DNA of 64,000 bases from Sedimentisphaerales bacterium. Lineage in GTDB: Bacteria; Planctomycetota; Phycisphaerae; Sedimentisphaerales; UBA12454. Positions 17,268 through 25,707 of this stretch are shown here, one piece after another. The position numbers and the translations under genes are program-made. Where the stretch lies: the NCBI GenBank assembly GCA_050014075.1, contig JBEKEA010000003.1:22638-86637 (forward strand). Reading direction: 5' to 3'. Under the pieces are notes generated by a model. The model was given only the letters and a program-made list of their open reading frames with translations, ran no database searches and had not been told where the DNA came from. Position 1 is the stretch's first letter. Each line of letters opens with the position of its first letter.

Positions 17268-18578
17268 TTGCGTTACATTCTTCTTATTCTTTCGCTGGCA
17301 ATATGGCTTGCGATAGGCCGATTCGGTCTGGGATTCGACTCCGTTATCGATTTGATTCATTTTGCTTCTGTCCCGCTGCTCGCTTCATACCTGGTGATTT
17401 TCCGGCCGGCAAATATCATAAAAAACATTTCGCCCTACTGCACATTTTTTGTTTTTATCACTTTGCTCGTAACTGCTTATTTAATCGCTTTTTCAAGAAC
17501 CATCTCTTATGTACGGGTAAACTGGTTCGAGCTGCCGGTCGCAGTATATTTCCTGCTGTCGACTTATATAATTCTGTTTCTGCTGGACAAATTCATCGAC
17601 AGCGCACTTTCGTCGATGTTGAGAATAAATACAAAGAAAACGATAATAAAAAGCTCAATAAAAACTCTTCTTCGCATCTCGATTTTGTTTTTTGCCGTAA
17701 TACCGTATCTCGTCGCTGTTTTTACAACGCACTGGATAAAATTCGAGGATGGCGCAAGCCCAAAACAGCTTCTGGATTTAAATTATCGGCAGGTCAGCTT
17801 TAACGCCAAAGACGGCGCGAAACTCGAAGGATGGTTTATACCTTCAACGACCCGCCTTTCAGACAGCTCTGTAATAATCGTTCCCGGCCGAAATCTGTCA
17901 AAGAATCTTTTCCTGCCTTATGCCAAAGTGCTCAGCAGCAGCGGCTATAACGTATTTTTGATCGACCTTCGCGGCAACGGCGGCAGCAGCGGACACAAAT
18001 ACAGTTTTGGCATTGAGGAAGCCAATGACGTCATCGGCGCAGTCGATTATCTTACAAACTACTGTTCCGAATCGAGCAAATATGTCTTCGGATTCGGCAT
18101 CAGCGAAGGAGCATCGGCTCTTGTCGCCGCGGCAAGCAGAGACGACCGTTTTACAGGAATAGTAATCGACAGCACCTGCGGCTACGAGTTTTCTTACCCC
18201 GTATGGCTGTCGGATTTCCTGCCCGGCTGGATGGAAAAGGCTTTATTAAAAGTTACAAAGTCTGTGTTCCTTGCCGATATCGGCCAGCCTATGTGGAATA
18301 CAAAAGATTTTTATGAAAAGATTTCTCAGATAAGCCCCTGCCCTGTTCTTGTTACCAATAGTCTGAGAAACGGCAAAGCCGACCGTGCGCAAACTGTCGA
18401 GCTTTATACACAGGCCAAAGACCCCAAAATGTTATGGCTCAATCCCCCTGACAAAAATGGCGAGATAAACATCGGCAATGAAGGTGATTATTTTAAAAAT
18501 ATTCTCGATTTATTTGACTTAGGCAGAACAAAGCAGCAAACAGACCGGTGGCGAACTATTCCTAAGAATCCTACATAA
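17268..18578 (+). CDS. membrane-anchored alpha/beta-hydrolase (serine hydrolase)
   Basis: 436-aa ORF with an apparent TTG start. About 5 N-terminal TM helices, then an alpha/beta-hydrolase fold with nucleophile elbow GFGISEGAS (G-x-S-x-G) and LIDLRGNGGSSG. Confidence 0.7.
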   Translation: MRYILLILSLAIWLAIGRFGLGFDSVIDLIHFASVPLLASYLVIFRPANIIKNISPYCTFFVFITLLVTAYLIAFSRTISYVRVNWFELPVAVYFLLSTYIILFLLDKFIDSALSSMLRINTKKTIIKSSIKTLLRISILFFAVIPYLVAVFTTHWIKFEDGASPKQLLDLNYRQVSFNAKDGAKLEGWFIPSTTRLSDSSVIIVPGRNLSKNLFLPYAKVLSSSGYNVFLIDLRGNGGSSGHKYSFGIEEANDVIGAVDYLTNYCSESSKYVFGFGISEGASALVAAASRDDRFTGIVIDSTCGYEFSYPVWLSDFLPGWMEKALLKVTKSVFLADIGQPMWNTKDFYEKISQISPCPVLVTNSLRNGKADRAQTVELYTQAKDPKMLWLNPPDKNGEINIGNEGDYFKNILDLFDLGRTKQQTDRWRTIPKNPT

Positions 18579-18626
18579 CCAGCCTGCCCTGAGCTTGTCG
18601 AATGGGCCTGTCCCGCACCTATTTAG

Positions 18627-18659
18627 CCCCCGAATTCATTCGGGGGTTCATCGTTTTTT
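18627..18659 (+). terminator. intrinsic terminator-like hairpin between convergent genes
   Basis: CCCCCGAA-TTCA-TTCGGGGG (perfect 8-bp GC-rich stem) followed by TTCATCGTTTTTT. Confidence 0.6.
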
Positions 18660-18669
18660 ACGGCAGATT

Positions 18670-18870
18670 TTAAACTCGCTTTGAAAAGGTATAGCCATAT
18701 TTCCAGCCTTTGCCGCTGGTATCTTCCTCATATCCCTGTGCCAGCATTCTGCTTTCCCATTGCTTGGCTGCCGCCTCGGAACTGAATTGCTGCATAACGT
18801 TGAAGTCGACAGGGTTGCCATGTTCCTGTTTTCGTCTTTTCGGCTCATCCGTAAGTCCGGCATACTTCAT
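18670..18870 (-). CDS. small protein with GIY-YIG-like N-terminal motif
   Basis: 66-aa ORF, 83 nt downstream of the RM gene. KYAGLTDEPKRRKQEH resembles the x-Y-x-G-x-T...R...H pattern of GIY-YIG domains. Assignment is weak. Confidence 0.4.
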   Translation of the reverse strand: MKYAGLTDEPKRRKQEHGNPVDFNVMQQFSSEAAAKQWESRMLAQGYEEDTSGKGWKYGYTFSKRV

Positions 18871-18953
18871 TAACTTTCACCCTTCATGGGTTTCTTTCCT
18901 GTCATTGTTTATTTATTGGCCAGCCGCGGTGTCCCTAATTCTCTACTGTTTAG

Positions 18954-21900
18954 CTACCAAAGGTCTAATACAGTATTGTCGATTTTATTCTGAATTACTG
19001 GAATTCCACTTCCACCTTGTAAGTACAGATCATGTGCCCGTTCTGACAAAGACGAAAGCGAAACGTGAAGTTTATCCTTCGAGTCGTACTTCGGAATTTT
19101 GACATTTTCGAGAATATCAGTACCACGTTGCAAGTTAATAGTATACCCTTCGATCAGATCAGTGATAGGTTTTGAATTCAGGATTGCACATAGATAGTAC
19201 GCTTCTTCCTTATCATCCAAAGCACAAAATAGTACCTTAGAATCAGGTATAATCTGTTTTCCTTTTAATACTCCATCATGTTTTGTAGATACGACACAAG
19301 AAATCATATTTTTACCTTGTTCTTTCCACACTACTTTATAGGGTGCAAATGTATATGTTCCGACGTTGTCAAGAAAGTAAAAAGGTCTCTCATCGGTATA
19401 AAATTTACTGTTTCTTTTTCTTGTTTCTTTCAGCACTTTTTTAAAATATGAAAGCCACTCATACGTCGCTGTATAGTTCACTCTGAGAATATCTTCAGCA
19501 ATTTCATTTTGAACGCCTTTTTTATTTTCATGCGGCATGATAATATACGTAGTGCTATTCAGCCCATACCGATCAATGTTTCGTCCGCTAATTAGCGGAA
19601 AAACAAACTCATCTTCCACAAGTCCAACATGTTCTCCGCGTTCCTCAACCGCGGGTAATCTTCCACGCTCTAAAAGATTGCATATTTGCAACCTTGTTTT
19701 GCCCATGCGCTTAGGTTCTTTCAGCAAGTAAACTCCTTTGGCTCCTAACGGCTCTACGCCTTTTCTTCCTTTGTATGGTGACGCGCCGATTGCCTTGCCG
19801 AGAATTTCTATGCGACCAACAGGCAGTATCAGCCAAGGACTTCTTAATCCTTTTTTAGTATCTGTTCCACCTATCGGTGTAGCCAATAATTTTTCTTCCG
19901 TGATTTTTCTCTTTACCTCTATTAGAGTATCCGTTTCATTAAGCCTCTTTTCCGTGTCCCATTTTATATAAGGGACTGGGTAAGAAGTTTTCAATCCTTT
20001 TTCAAGTAATAATACTGAGGGACGATTTGTAACCTCTGAGAACGGTTTCACTTTAATCATGTCAATCAATTTACTTACTTTCAGAGGTACGCTTTGATTG
20101 TCACGAGTGATCTCAAACTTTCTGAATCCTTCACCGCCTTTTTTTGATTGGAAAAACGTTTGTGAAATAACAAAACACAATTTGCCTTTTGGTTTTAAAT
20201 AATGATCTGCGCTAACATAAGTGAATGCCATGGCAAAATCATCATGCGTTGTTATTTTATCGTATGCAGATTTATCAAAAATATCATAGCTTAACCATAT
20301 TGGCAACGTCAAATCCCTATAAGATTTTGACATTGAACGCCAGCTAACCCAAGGCGGATTTCCTACCACGAAATCGAATTGCCCTTCGGAATATACGGGC
20401 GCAAAAGAATTTTTCAGAATCGGAATCCATAACCCATTTTTGTCAAGTTTGGTTAGTTCTTTTATTCTTGCAAAGAGAGCTAATACTGATTCTTTATTGA
20501 TATCCTTTTGAAGTTTATTTACTTTTCTCAGCACATCAGCATCGGTGTAATTATTCTTGATAGCTTTACCGATCAAATCTAAGATTTCTTCTATCTCTTC
20601 TCTGGTATCTAAAGCTGGAACGGAGAACTTTCCACATACCGTATCTATTGTAAATATAGAAGCGGTTTTTTTCTGTGTTGCATGTACGGTTGGCGTTAAG
20701 ATTGAATCGCATTGATATACAGGAATTTTCACTGTAAAATCAAGGTCTGATAGGTCTCCAAGCGAGAGAAGATAATTGGTTTTGGAAGCTATTACAGAAA
20801 TAGGATTCAGGTCAAAACCAACGATTGATTTCAGAATATCTTTGATAAGTTCTTTTCGATCAGAATTTATATTGGTAAGAAGTTTTTTTCTTATCGCGGT
20901 AGCGAGAAATGTTCCAGAACCACATGCGGGGTCTAAAAATGTTTCCTCCATTTTACCAGTAAAACAAGCCGTTTCAATTGTAAATTCGGCAAGCCAATCA
21001 GGTGTAAAATATTCGCCAAGTAAATGACGTAACGGTTGCGGCATTAATCCGTGATAGGTTTCTCTTACCATATCACCGATAAGCTCAGGTTTCGTAATTG
21101 AAGTAGTAACTTCTAATTGTTCTAAAAGATAAATAACTTCTCTGAGCATTTCAGAGAGATTTTCATTCCAAACATAAGTCCACCATTCAAAAAAACCTGT
21201 CTCAAAAAAATTTTCAACTCCTAACATTTTAAATTTGTCGCCCTGAATAGCATTGACAACTTGCTCCCGAAATTGTTCATCATTTTTTGCTAATGCTGTG
21301 GATCGAATCTGGAATGGATTTAATAAGGACGAAAATAAATTCGAAATGAGTAGCTTTAAAATGATATTATAATAGGTGTGAATTGAAAATATCAAATACT
21401 TTAGATCAACTTTTTTGTCCGCAAAACCGATTTGTGCATAGCGTTCATTCATCTGAGTTTTTACATCGCTGGCGGCATCGTTTATGTCGCCATAAACCTT
21501 ACCGAATACTCTATCCCACTCGTCGAAAAGAGTCGTGGTATGTGCATCTTTGCTCTTTAATTTATCAGACAACAGATTATAAATAATAGCAATATGCTTA
21601 TTAAAATGCGTACTTCTTTCACCGAACCGCGAAGAGACGTTCGCTGGTGTCAATGGGGCGCGTGGAGAAATAGATCGTAAATAAAGAAACAGAAAACGCA
21701 AACCATTCTTTATATCTCTACGCTGTGTCCGCTCAAAATATCCGTCCAGCCGTTCAGGAAACCATTGCGGAGCCTGTGCATTTTTAATTCTGCTTTTATA
21801 TTTCTTTAATTCAATTTCGCTATTCGCATTAGAAACATAACGCACAAATACGAAGGATTTTCCGTCAAAACCGATTCCTATTTTTGTAGAGAGATGTTTT

Positions 21901-22286
21901 CTAAAATCTTCAAGGCTCGCCGATTCCATCACTGCAACAGATATAAGATATTCGATTAATCCGCCTTCCTGTTTTCTCCCATCAATTGCTTCGTCAATTC
22001 CTTTTTGTGTGTCAAAATAATTTGGTTTCTTGAACTCAAAAATAATGTTATCAAATAATGAATCTATTCTGCCGCCGGTAAGCACAATTTTTTCAGAGAG
22101 AATTTTTACGTTGACTCCCATTTCCTGAGTCAAACTTTTTAGAAAAGTATGTGTCGCTAAACGAACATCCTCTTCCGTTTCTACATGTCGCAATTCATTC
22201 TTTAAGAACGTGGAATACCGTTCTGCTTTTTCCGTTCCTGCAATTGTTATTGCATCTTTAAAAGGGTCATTATTTTTTTTTGCCAT
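18954..22286 (-). CDS. Type IIG (MmeI/Eco57I-like) single-chain restriction endonuclease / N6-adenine DNA methyltransferase
   Basis: N-terminal PD-(D/E)xK-like IDSLFDNIIFEFKKP, SAM motif I FLDPACGSGTFL, catalytic motif IV VVGNPPWVSW and a long C-terminal TRD-like region. Start placed at the second Met (MAKKNND, AGGA 8 nt upstream). The ORF is open to 22304. Confidence 0.8.
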   Translation of the reverse strand: MAKKNNDPFKDAITIAGTEKAERYSTFLKNELRHVETEEDVRLATHTFLKSLTQEMGVNVKILSEKIVLTGGRIDSLFDNIIFEFKKPNYFDTQKGIDEAIDGRKQEGGLIEYLISVAVMESASLEDFRKHLSTKIGIGFDGKSFVFVRYVSNANSEIELKKYKSRIKNAQAPQWFPERLDGYFERTQRRDIKNGLRFLFLYLRSISPRAPLTPANVSSRFGERSTHFNKHIAIIYNLLSDKLKSKDAHTTTLFDEWDRVFGKVYGDINDAASDVKTQMNERYAQIGFADKKVDLKYLIFSIHTYYNIILKLLISNLFSSLLNPFQIRSTALAKNDEQFREQVVNAIQGDKFKMLGVENFFETGFFEWWTYVWNENLSEMLREVIYLLEQLEVTTSITKPELIGDMVRETYHGLMPQPLRHLLGEYFTPDWLAEFTIETACFTGKMEETFLDPACGSGTFLATAIRKKLLTNINSDRKELIKDILKSIVGFDLNPISVIASKTNYLLSLGDLSDLDFTVKIPVYQCDSILTPTVHATQKKTASIFTIDTVCGKFSVPALDTREEIEEILDLIGKAIKNNYTDADVLRKVNKLQKDINKESVLALFARIKELTKLDKNGLWIPILKNSFAPVYSEGQFDFVVGNPPWVSWRSMSKSYRDLTLPIWLSYDIFDKSAYDKITTHDDFAMAFTYVSADHYLKPKGKLCFVISQTFFQSKKGGEGFRKFEITRDNQSVPLKVSKLIDMIKVKPFSEVTNRPSVLLLEKGLKTSYPVPYIKWDTEKRLNETDTLIEVKRKITEEKLLATPIGGTDTKKGLRSPWLILPVGRIEILGKAIGASPYKGRKGVEPLGAKGVYLLKEPKRMGKTRLQICNLLERGRLPAVEERGEHVGLVEDEFVFPLISGRNIDRYGLNSTTYIIMPHENKKGVQNEIAEDILRVNYTATYEWLSYFKKVLKETRKRNSKFYTDERPFYFLDNVGTYTFAPYKVVWKEQGKNMISCVVSTKHDGVLKGKQIIPDSKVLFCALDDKEEAYYLCAILNSKPITDLIEGYTINLQRGTDILENVKIPKYDSKDKLHVSLSSLSERAHDLYLQGGSGIPVIQNKIDNTVLDLW

Positions 22287-22445
22287 TTTTATTCCTGATT
22301 TCATTATCTGAAGTGCTAAACAAATGACGGACCAAAATTATATCTCTGCTTCTTTTAAAACTCAACCTAATTTATCCAAATACCAACGACCAAATACCAT
22401 ATACCAAAAACTACTTCGTGTCTTAGTGCCGGCGCCTGCCCTGCT

Positions 22446-22532
22446 TGCCCTGTGAAGTTGCGTTAATTAGCTTCATTGAAGATTCTTCAGCTACTTCACC
22501 GGGGTGAGATGCCGTAGCTATCTCATCGGGGT
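22446..22532 (+). repeat. REP-like GC-rich extragenic repeat (copy 2)
   Basis: Same ends as 3971..4035 (TGCCCTGTGAAGT ... CTACTTCACCGGGGTGAGATG.CG..CTATCTCATCGGGGT) with a longer central spacer. Confidence 0.7.
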
Positions 22533-22619
22533 AACTGATAACCGATGTCCGAATAGCACCATTCGCACAAGCCTATCCTTACTAAGGCGACCTGTCCTCC
22601 GAAGCCTTGGCGAAGGAGG

Positions 22620-22925
22620 ATCAAAAAAACACCAAAATCATATAAAAACAGGGGTAAAATCTTTCCAAATCAGGGCAAAAAAATTAAAAATTTTCAAAAA
22701 TAATCAAAATCTTTACTAAAACTTGTCCCTGCATACACTTACATAAAAAAACCTCTCGAAAACAAAGGACTTACGCCATTTTTCACGTCGCCTGCCCTGA
22801 GCGCAGTCGAAGGGTTTTTCGTCCTAACTCTTTTATTTGTAAAGGACTTACGCCAAAAAAACTTGAAAAAATTTTCCAAAATTCCAATTTTTCGTTCCTA
22901 AGTCCTTATTTTTGAAATTTGGATT
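22620..22925 (+). repeat. ~305-bp intergenic repeat, copy B (inverted relative to copy A at 7065..7368)
   Basis: See copy A. Copy B additionally contains the 25-nt GCCTGCCCTGAGCGCAGTCGAAGGG motif in its central, more diverged part. Confidence 0.85.
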
Positions 22926-22973
22926 TGTTTAGATATGAGGTGCTAAACGAATGACATGTAGAATCTGAAGATT

Positions 22974-23011
22974 AAACAAAAAGGACGACAACCTCTCTCT
23001 GATTATCGTCC
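22974..23011 (-). terminator. intrinsic terminator-like hairpin downstream of the pilin gene
   Basis: The minus strand reads GGACGA-(17-nt loop)-TCGTCC followed by TTTTTGTTT. Confidence 0.5.
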
Positions 23012-23047
23012 CCTTTTTAAGACTTTCTAACAACTAATGTTTAATCA

Positions 23048-23482
23048 TTAAGTGCCCATCGGGTTAATATCGTCTGATATATCGCTATCTTCGCTATCGA
23101 AACCTGTTTGGGTAAATGTTACCGAGTAATGGCCGTAACCTGCCGTTGCATCTGAACGTGTTAGTGTCAAAGTCCAGGAATCTTCAAGGTCGCCTGATAC
23201 CCCGGCAGTAAACGTCTCTGGAGCAGTGAAATATTTCGGTGCGGCCATTTGAATATCAAGGTCTGCAATATTAGCAGCGTAGGCGCTCTGTTTTGCGTGA
23301 TAACGCTCCTGAGCCGCCTGGATGGAAGCCAGGTAGTTGAAAGCTTCAGCAGCTTTTGACCGTTCGACCGAGGCTTTAAATCTTGGCACAGCAAAAGCAG
23401 CCAGCATACCGATGATTAAGATAACCACCGCAAGTTCGACCAGTGTGAAGCCGGCTGTCGCAATTGCTTTGTTCGCTTTCAT
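23048..23482 (-). CDS. type IV pilin / type II secretion pseudopilin-like protein
   Basis: Start placed at Met29 of the ORF (AAGGAA RBS upstream). MKANKAIATAG|FTLVELAVVILIIGMLAAFAVPRF is a canonical prepilin cleavage/methylation signal. Confidence 0.85.
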   Translation of the reverse strand: MKANKAIATAGFTLVELAVVILIIGMLAAFAVPRFKASVERSKAAEAFNYLASIQAAQERYHAKQSAYAANIADLDIQMAAPKYFTAPETFTAGVSGDLEDSWTLTLTRSDATAGYGHYSVTFTQTGFDSEDSDISDDINPMGT

Positions 23483-23737
23483 TTTTCGTTCCTTTAAACA
23501 AGAGACTCCGGAAGTCTGCAATTCGGTTATTTCATCGACATTAGCCAACAGATGCTTAACTAACAAAAGTCTTAGGACAGCCCGTTCGACTTCGCTCAGG
23601 GCAGGCCCCTGGAGACATTATCGGTCCTTTGGCGAATCAGGGGGAGAAGTGGAAAAAATCTGTGGAAATTATTATAGGAACTTCCACTTGCAAAACGGGC
23701 GTATAAACTGTAAAGTGTATTCTGATATAGAATTACT

Positions 23738-23828
23738 GGAGAGGTGGCCGAGCGGCTGAAGGCAACGGTTTGCTAAACCGTCCAGTGGGTATAAACCCGC
23801 TGCGCGGGTTCGAATCCCGCCCTCTCCG
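23738..23828 (+). tRNA. tRNA-Ser (anticodon GCU)
   Basis: Acceptor stem GGAGAGG/CCTCTCC, D-arm GCCGAGCGGCTGAAGGC, anticodon stem-loop ACGGT-TTGCTAA-ACCGT, long variable arm, T-arm GCGGGTTCGAATCCCGC. CCA is not encoded. Confidence 0.9.
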
Positions 23829-24176
23829 TTATTTTATTTTCAGACGAAATAACGTCTATAAGTTCTTGCAATTCAGGCGATTGCGGATTGTTGCTTATTT
23901 TAGACTCCCCCGTTGCCCTTAAGTTGCCCTTATTTTGGTCAAATTCCGATTCGTCATGCGACCTTGCAAGTTCCATCATGGCGTTTTGGCTACCGTCGTC
24001 GTGCAAGTGGTAATACAAAGTCTAATATCTCGGAATTACTATGCCAAAGCCACACCAGTACCTTGCGTAATCCAAAACAAAGCTTTGACTTTTTTACATT
24101 AACTCTTTAAATTTGCCACTACTTATGACAATTTCCAAGGTACGAAAAGAATAAATTCTCAAAGAACCCGAGCTTT

Positions 24177-25688
24177 ATGAAAAATAATAGATTAATCAAA
24201 AGGCAGGACCTAATCCATATAGCAATCTTAGTAAGTATTGCTCTGGGGATTGGCGTGTACCTGATTGCCACAATAGTTTTGATTGCAAAAGACGGTACAT
24301 TATACATCGAATGTGCAAGACAAATTGCAGATAATCCTATTGAAGCTGTGCGCAATATGTCACCATGTCCGGGATATCCGTTTCTTATTTATCTCATGCA
24401 TAAGGTTGTAGAATTGTTTTATGGTGCAACGTCGCTTCAAGGATGGATTATTTCAGCTCAGACTGTTTCGCTTTTGAGTAAAATAATTGCCTCTGCGGCG
24501 TTATATCTTGTGGGAAGTTATTTTGTCGGTCCCAGACTAAGTTTTTACGGCGTCCTGATTTTGAGTATTTTACCGGATTCCGCCGAATACGGCAGTGACG
24601 CACTTACCGAATGGTCATTCCTGATGTTTTTAACAACCGGCTTTTTATTGTTGTTATTAGGTGTACAATACCACAAGAACTGGATATTCGGCTTAGCAGG
24701 GATAGCAGCAGGATTAGGATACTTAACCCGGTCTGAGTGTTGTCAACTTGTAATATATGGCAGTGGATGGCTGCTATTTAACCTTATCCGGCCACAAGGC
24801 AAAATGAAGAGAATAAAGGCAACAGGGGCTTTAATTTTACTTTTAGCAGGCTTTGCTGTTATCGCTATTCCCTATATGCGACTTAAAGGATACGTTTTCC
24901 CCGACCAGAGTATATGGAAACTCCCAGCGTTTTTGAGTATAAGTAACGACAACATTAATTCTGTCTTTAACATGAATATGTGCCTGGCCGGTTTATCGAC
25001 AAACAAGACAATGGGAAATAAAACCCTGATAATCAATATATGCGAGACATTGATGTATTATTTTATCCCAGGTTTGCTAATAGGCTGCTATTATTATTTC
25101 CGAAAGCAATCAAAGACGTCGGAGCAAACGTTTTTTTCTGCAGCATTTATCGTCCTTAATATTGTAATGTTGTTGTGGCAATTGTATTGTCGGCTTGCTC
25201 TCAGCAGGAGATACTCATTAGCTCTGGTTGCATTTACCATCTTTTATATACCAGTCGGTTTGTATATAATCGCAGGCTGGCTAAGCAGGAGAACCCTCAA
25301 GAGTGATTCGGCTATAGAAGAAAATATACGACGCTGGTTTTTTATTTTACTAATAGTCGGAATGGCAATTTGCCTGCCCAAGTTATTTAAGATTATTGGC
25401 ACGCAGAGATATGATTACAGAGAAGCTGCAATGTGGCTTAATAAAAATACCGCCTCTACGGATATTATAGCGGTTCCAGATGTGCGCATAACTTTTTATG
25501 CGGAGCGGAAAGGTTTAGAGTGCATGGAGAACAGTGAGCAGATTCCTGGACAGGCCAATTATATCGTAAGAATTGTTAAAAGTGAGGATGAAAAGATGAT
25601 ATTTGATAAAGAAACAAAAGAAGAATATTCAACGCGGACAAATAACAAAAAGGGTGGGAAACTGGTGATTTACAGAGTAACTCGGTGA
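24177..25688 (+). CDS. GT-C fold (ArnT/PMT_2, GT39/83-like) polytopic membrane glycosyltransferase
   Basis: 503-aa ORF with ~11 hydrophobic helices, an N-terminal loop resembling dolichyl/undecaprenyl-phosphate-sugar-dependent transferases, and a soluble C-terminal ~90 aa. Confidence 0.6.
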   Translation: MKNNRLIKRQDLIHIAILVSIALGIGVYLIATIVLIAKDGTLYIECARQIADNPIEAVRNMSPCPGYPFLIYLMHKVVELFYGATSLQGWIISAQTVSLLSKIIASAALYLVGSYFVGPRLSFYGVLILSILPDSAEYGSDALTEWSFLMFLTTGFLLLLLGVQYHKNWIFGLAGIAAGLGYLTRSECCQLVIYGSGWLLFNLIRPQGKMKRIKATGALILLLAGFAVIAIPYMRLKGYVFPDQSIWKLPAFLSISNDNINSVFNMNMCLAGLSTNKTMGNKTLIINICETLMYYFIPGLLIGCYYYFRKQSKTSEQTFFSAAFIVLNIVMLLWQLYCRLALSRRYSLALVAFTIFYIPVGLYIIAGWLSRRTLKSDSAIEENIRRWFFILLIVGMAICLPKLFKIIGTQRYDYREAAMWLNKNTASTDIIAVPDVRITFYAERKGLECMENSEQIPGQANYIVRIVKSEDEKMIFDKETKEEYSTRTNNKKGGKLVIYRVTR

Positions 25689-25707
25689 TATACAACTGCA
25701 GAGACGA

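Noticed and set aside
13491-22304. Calling the WYL regulator plus the large methyltransferase a BREX- or DISARM-like multi-gene defence system
   Set aside because: The intervening genes are housekeeping-like (ABC-F, ArfB-like, hydrolase). No PglZ, BrxC/L, helicase or phospholipase D-type genes are present. The methyltransferase carries its own nuclease motif, consistent with a self-contained Type IIG enzyme.
7065-22925. Interpreting the inverted-repeat-bracketed 15-kb segment as a composite transposon or an integrated prophage/ICE.
   Set aside because: No transposase, integrase, recombinase, conjugation or phage structural gene is recognisable inside or next to it. The repeats are diverged (not exact TIRs), and no target-site duplication was seen. 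It is kept only as an open observation.
23773-24018. 81-aa minus-strand ORF
   Set aside because: It overlaps the tRNA-Ser gene (23738..23828) and has no motifs. Probably spurious.
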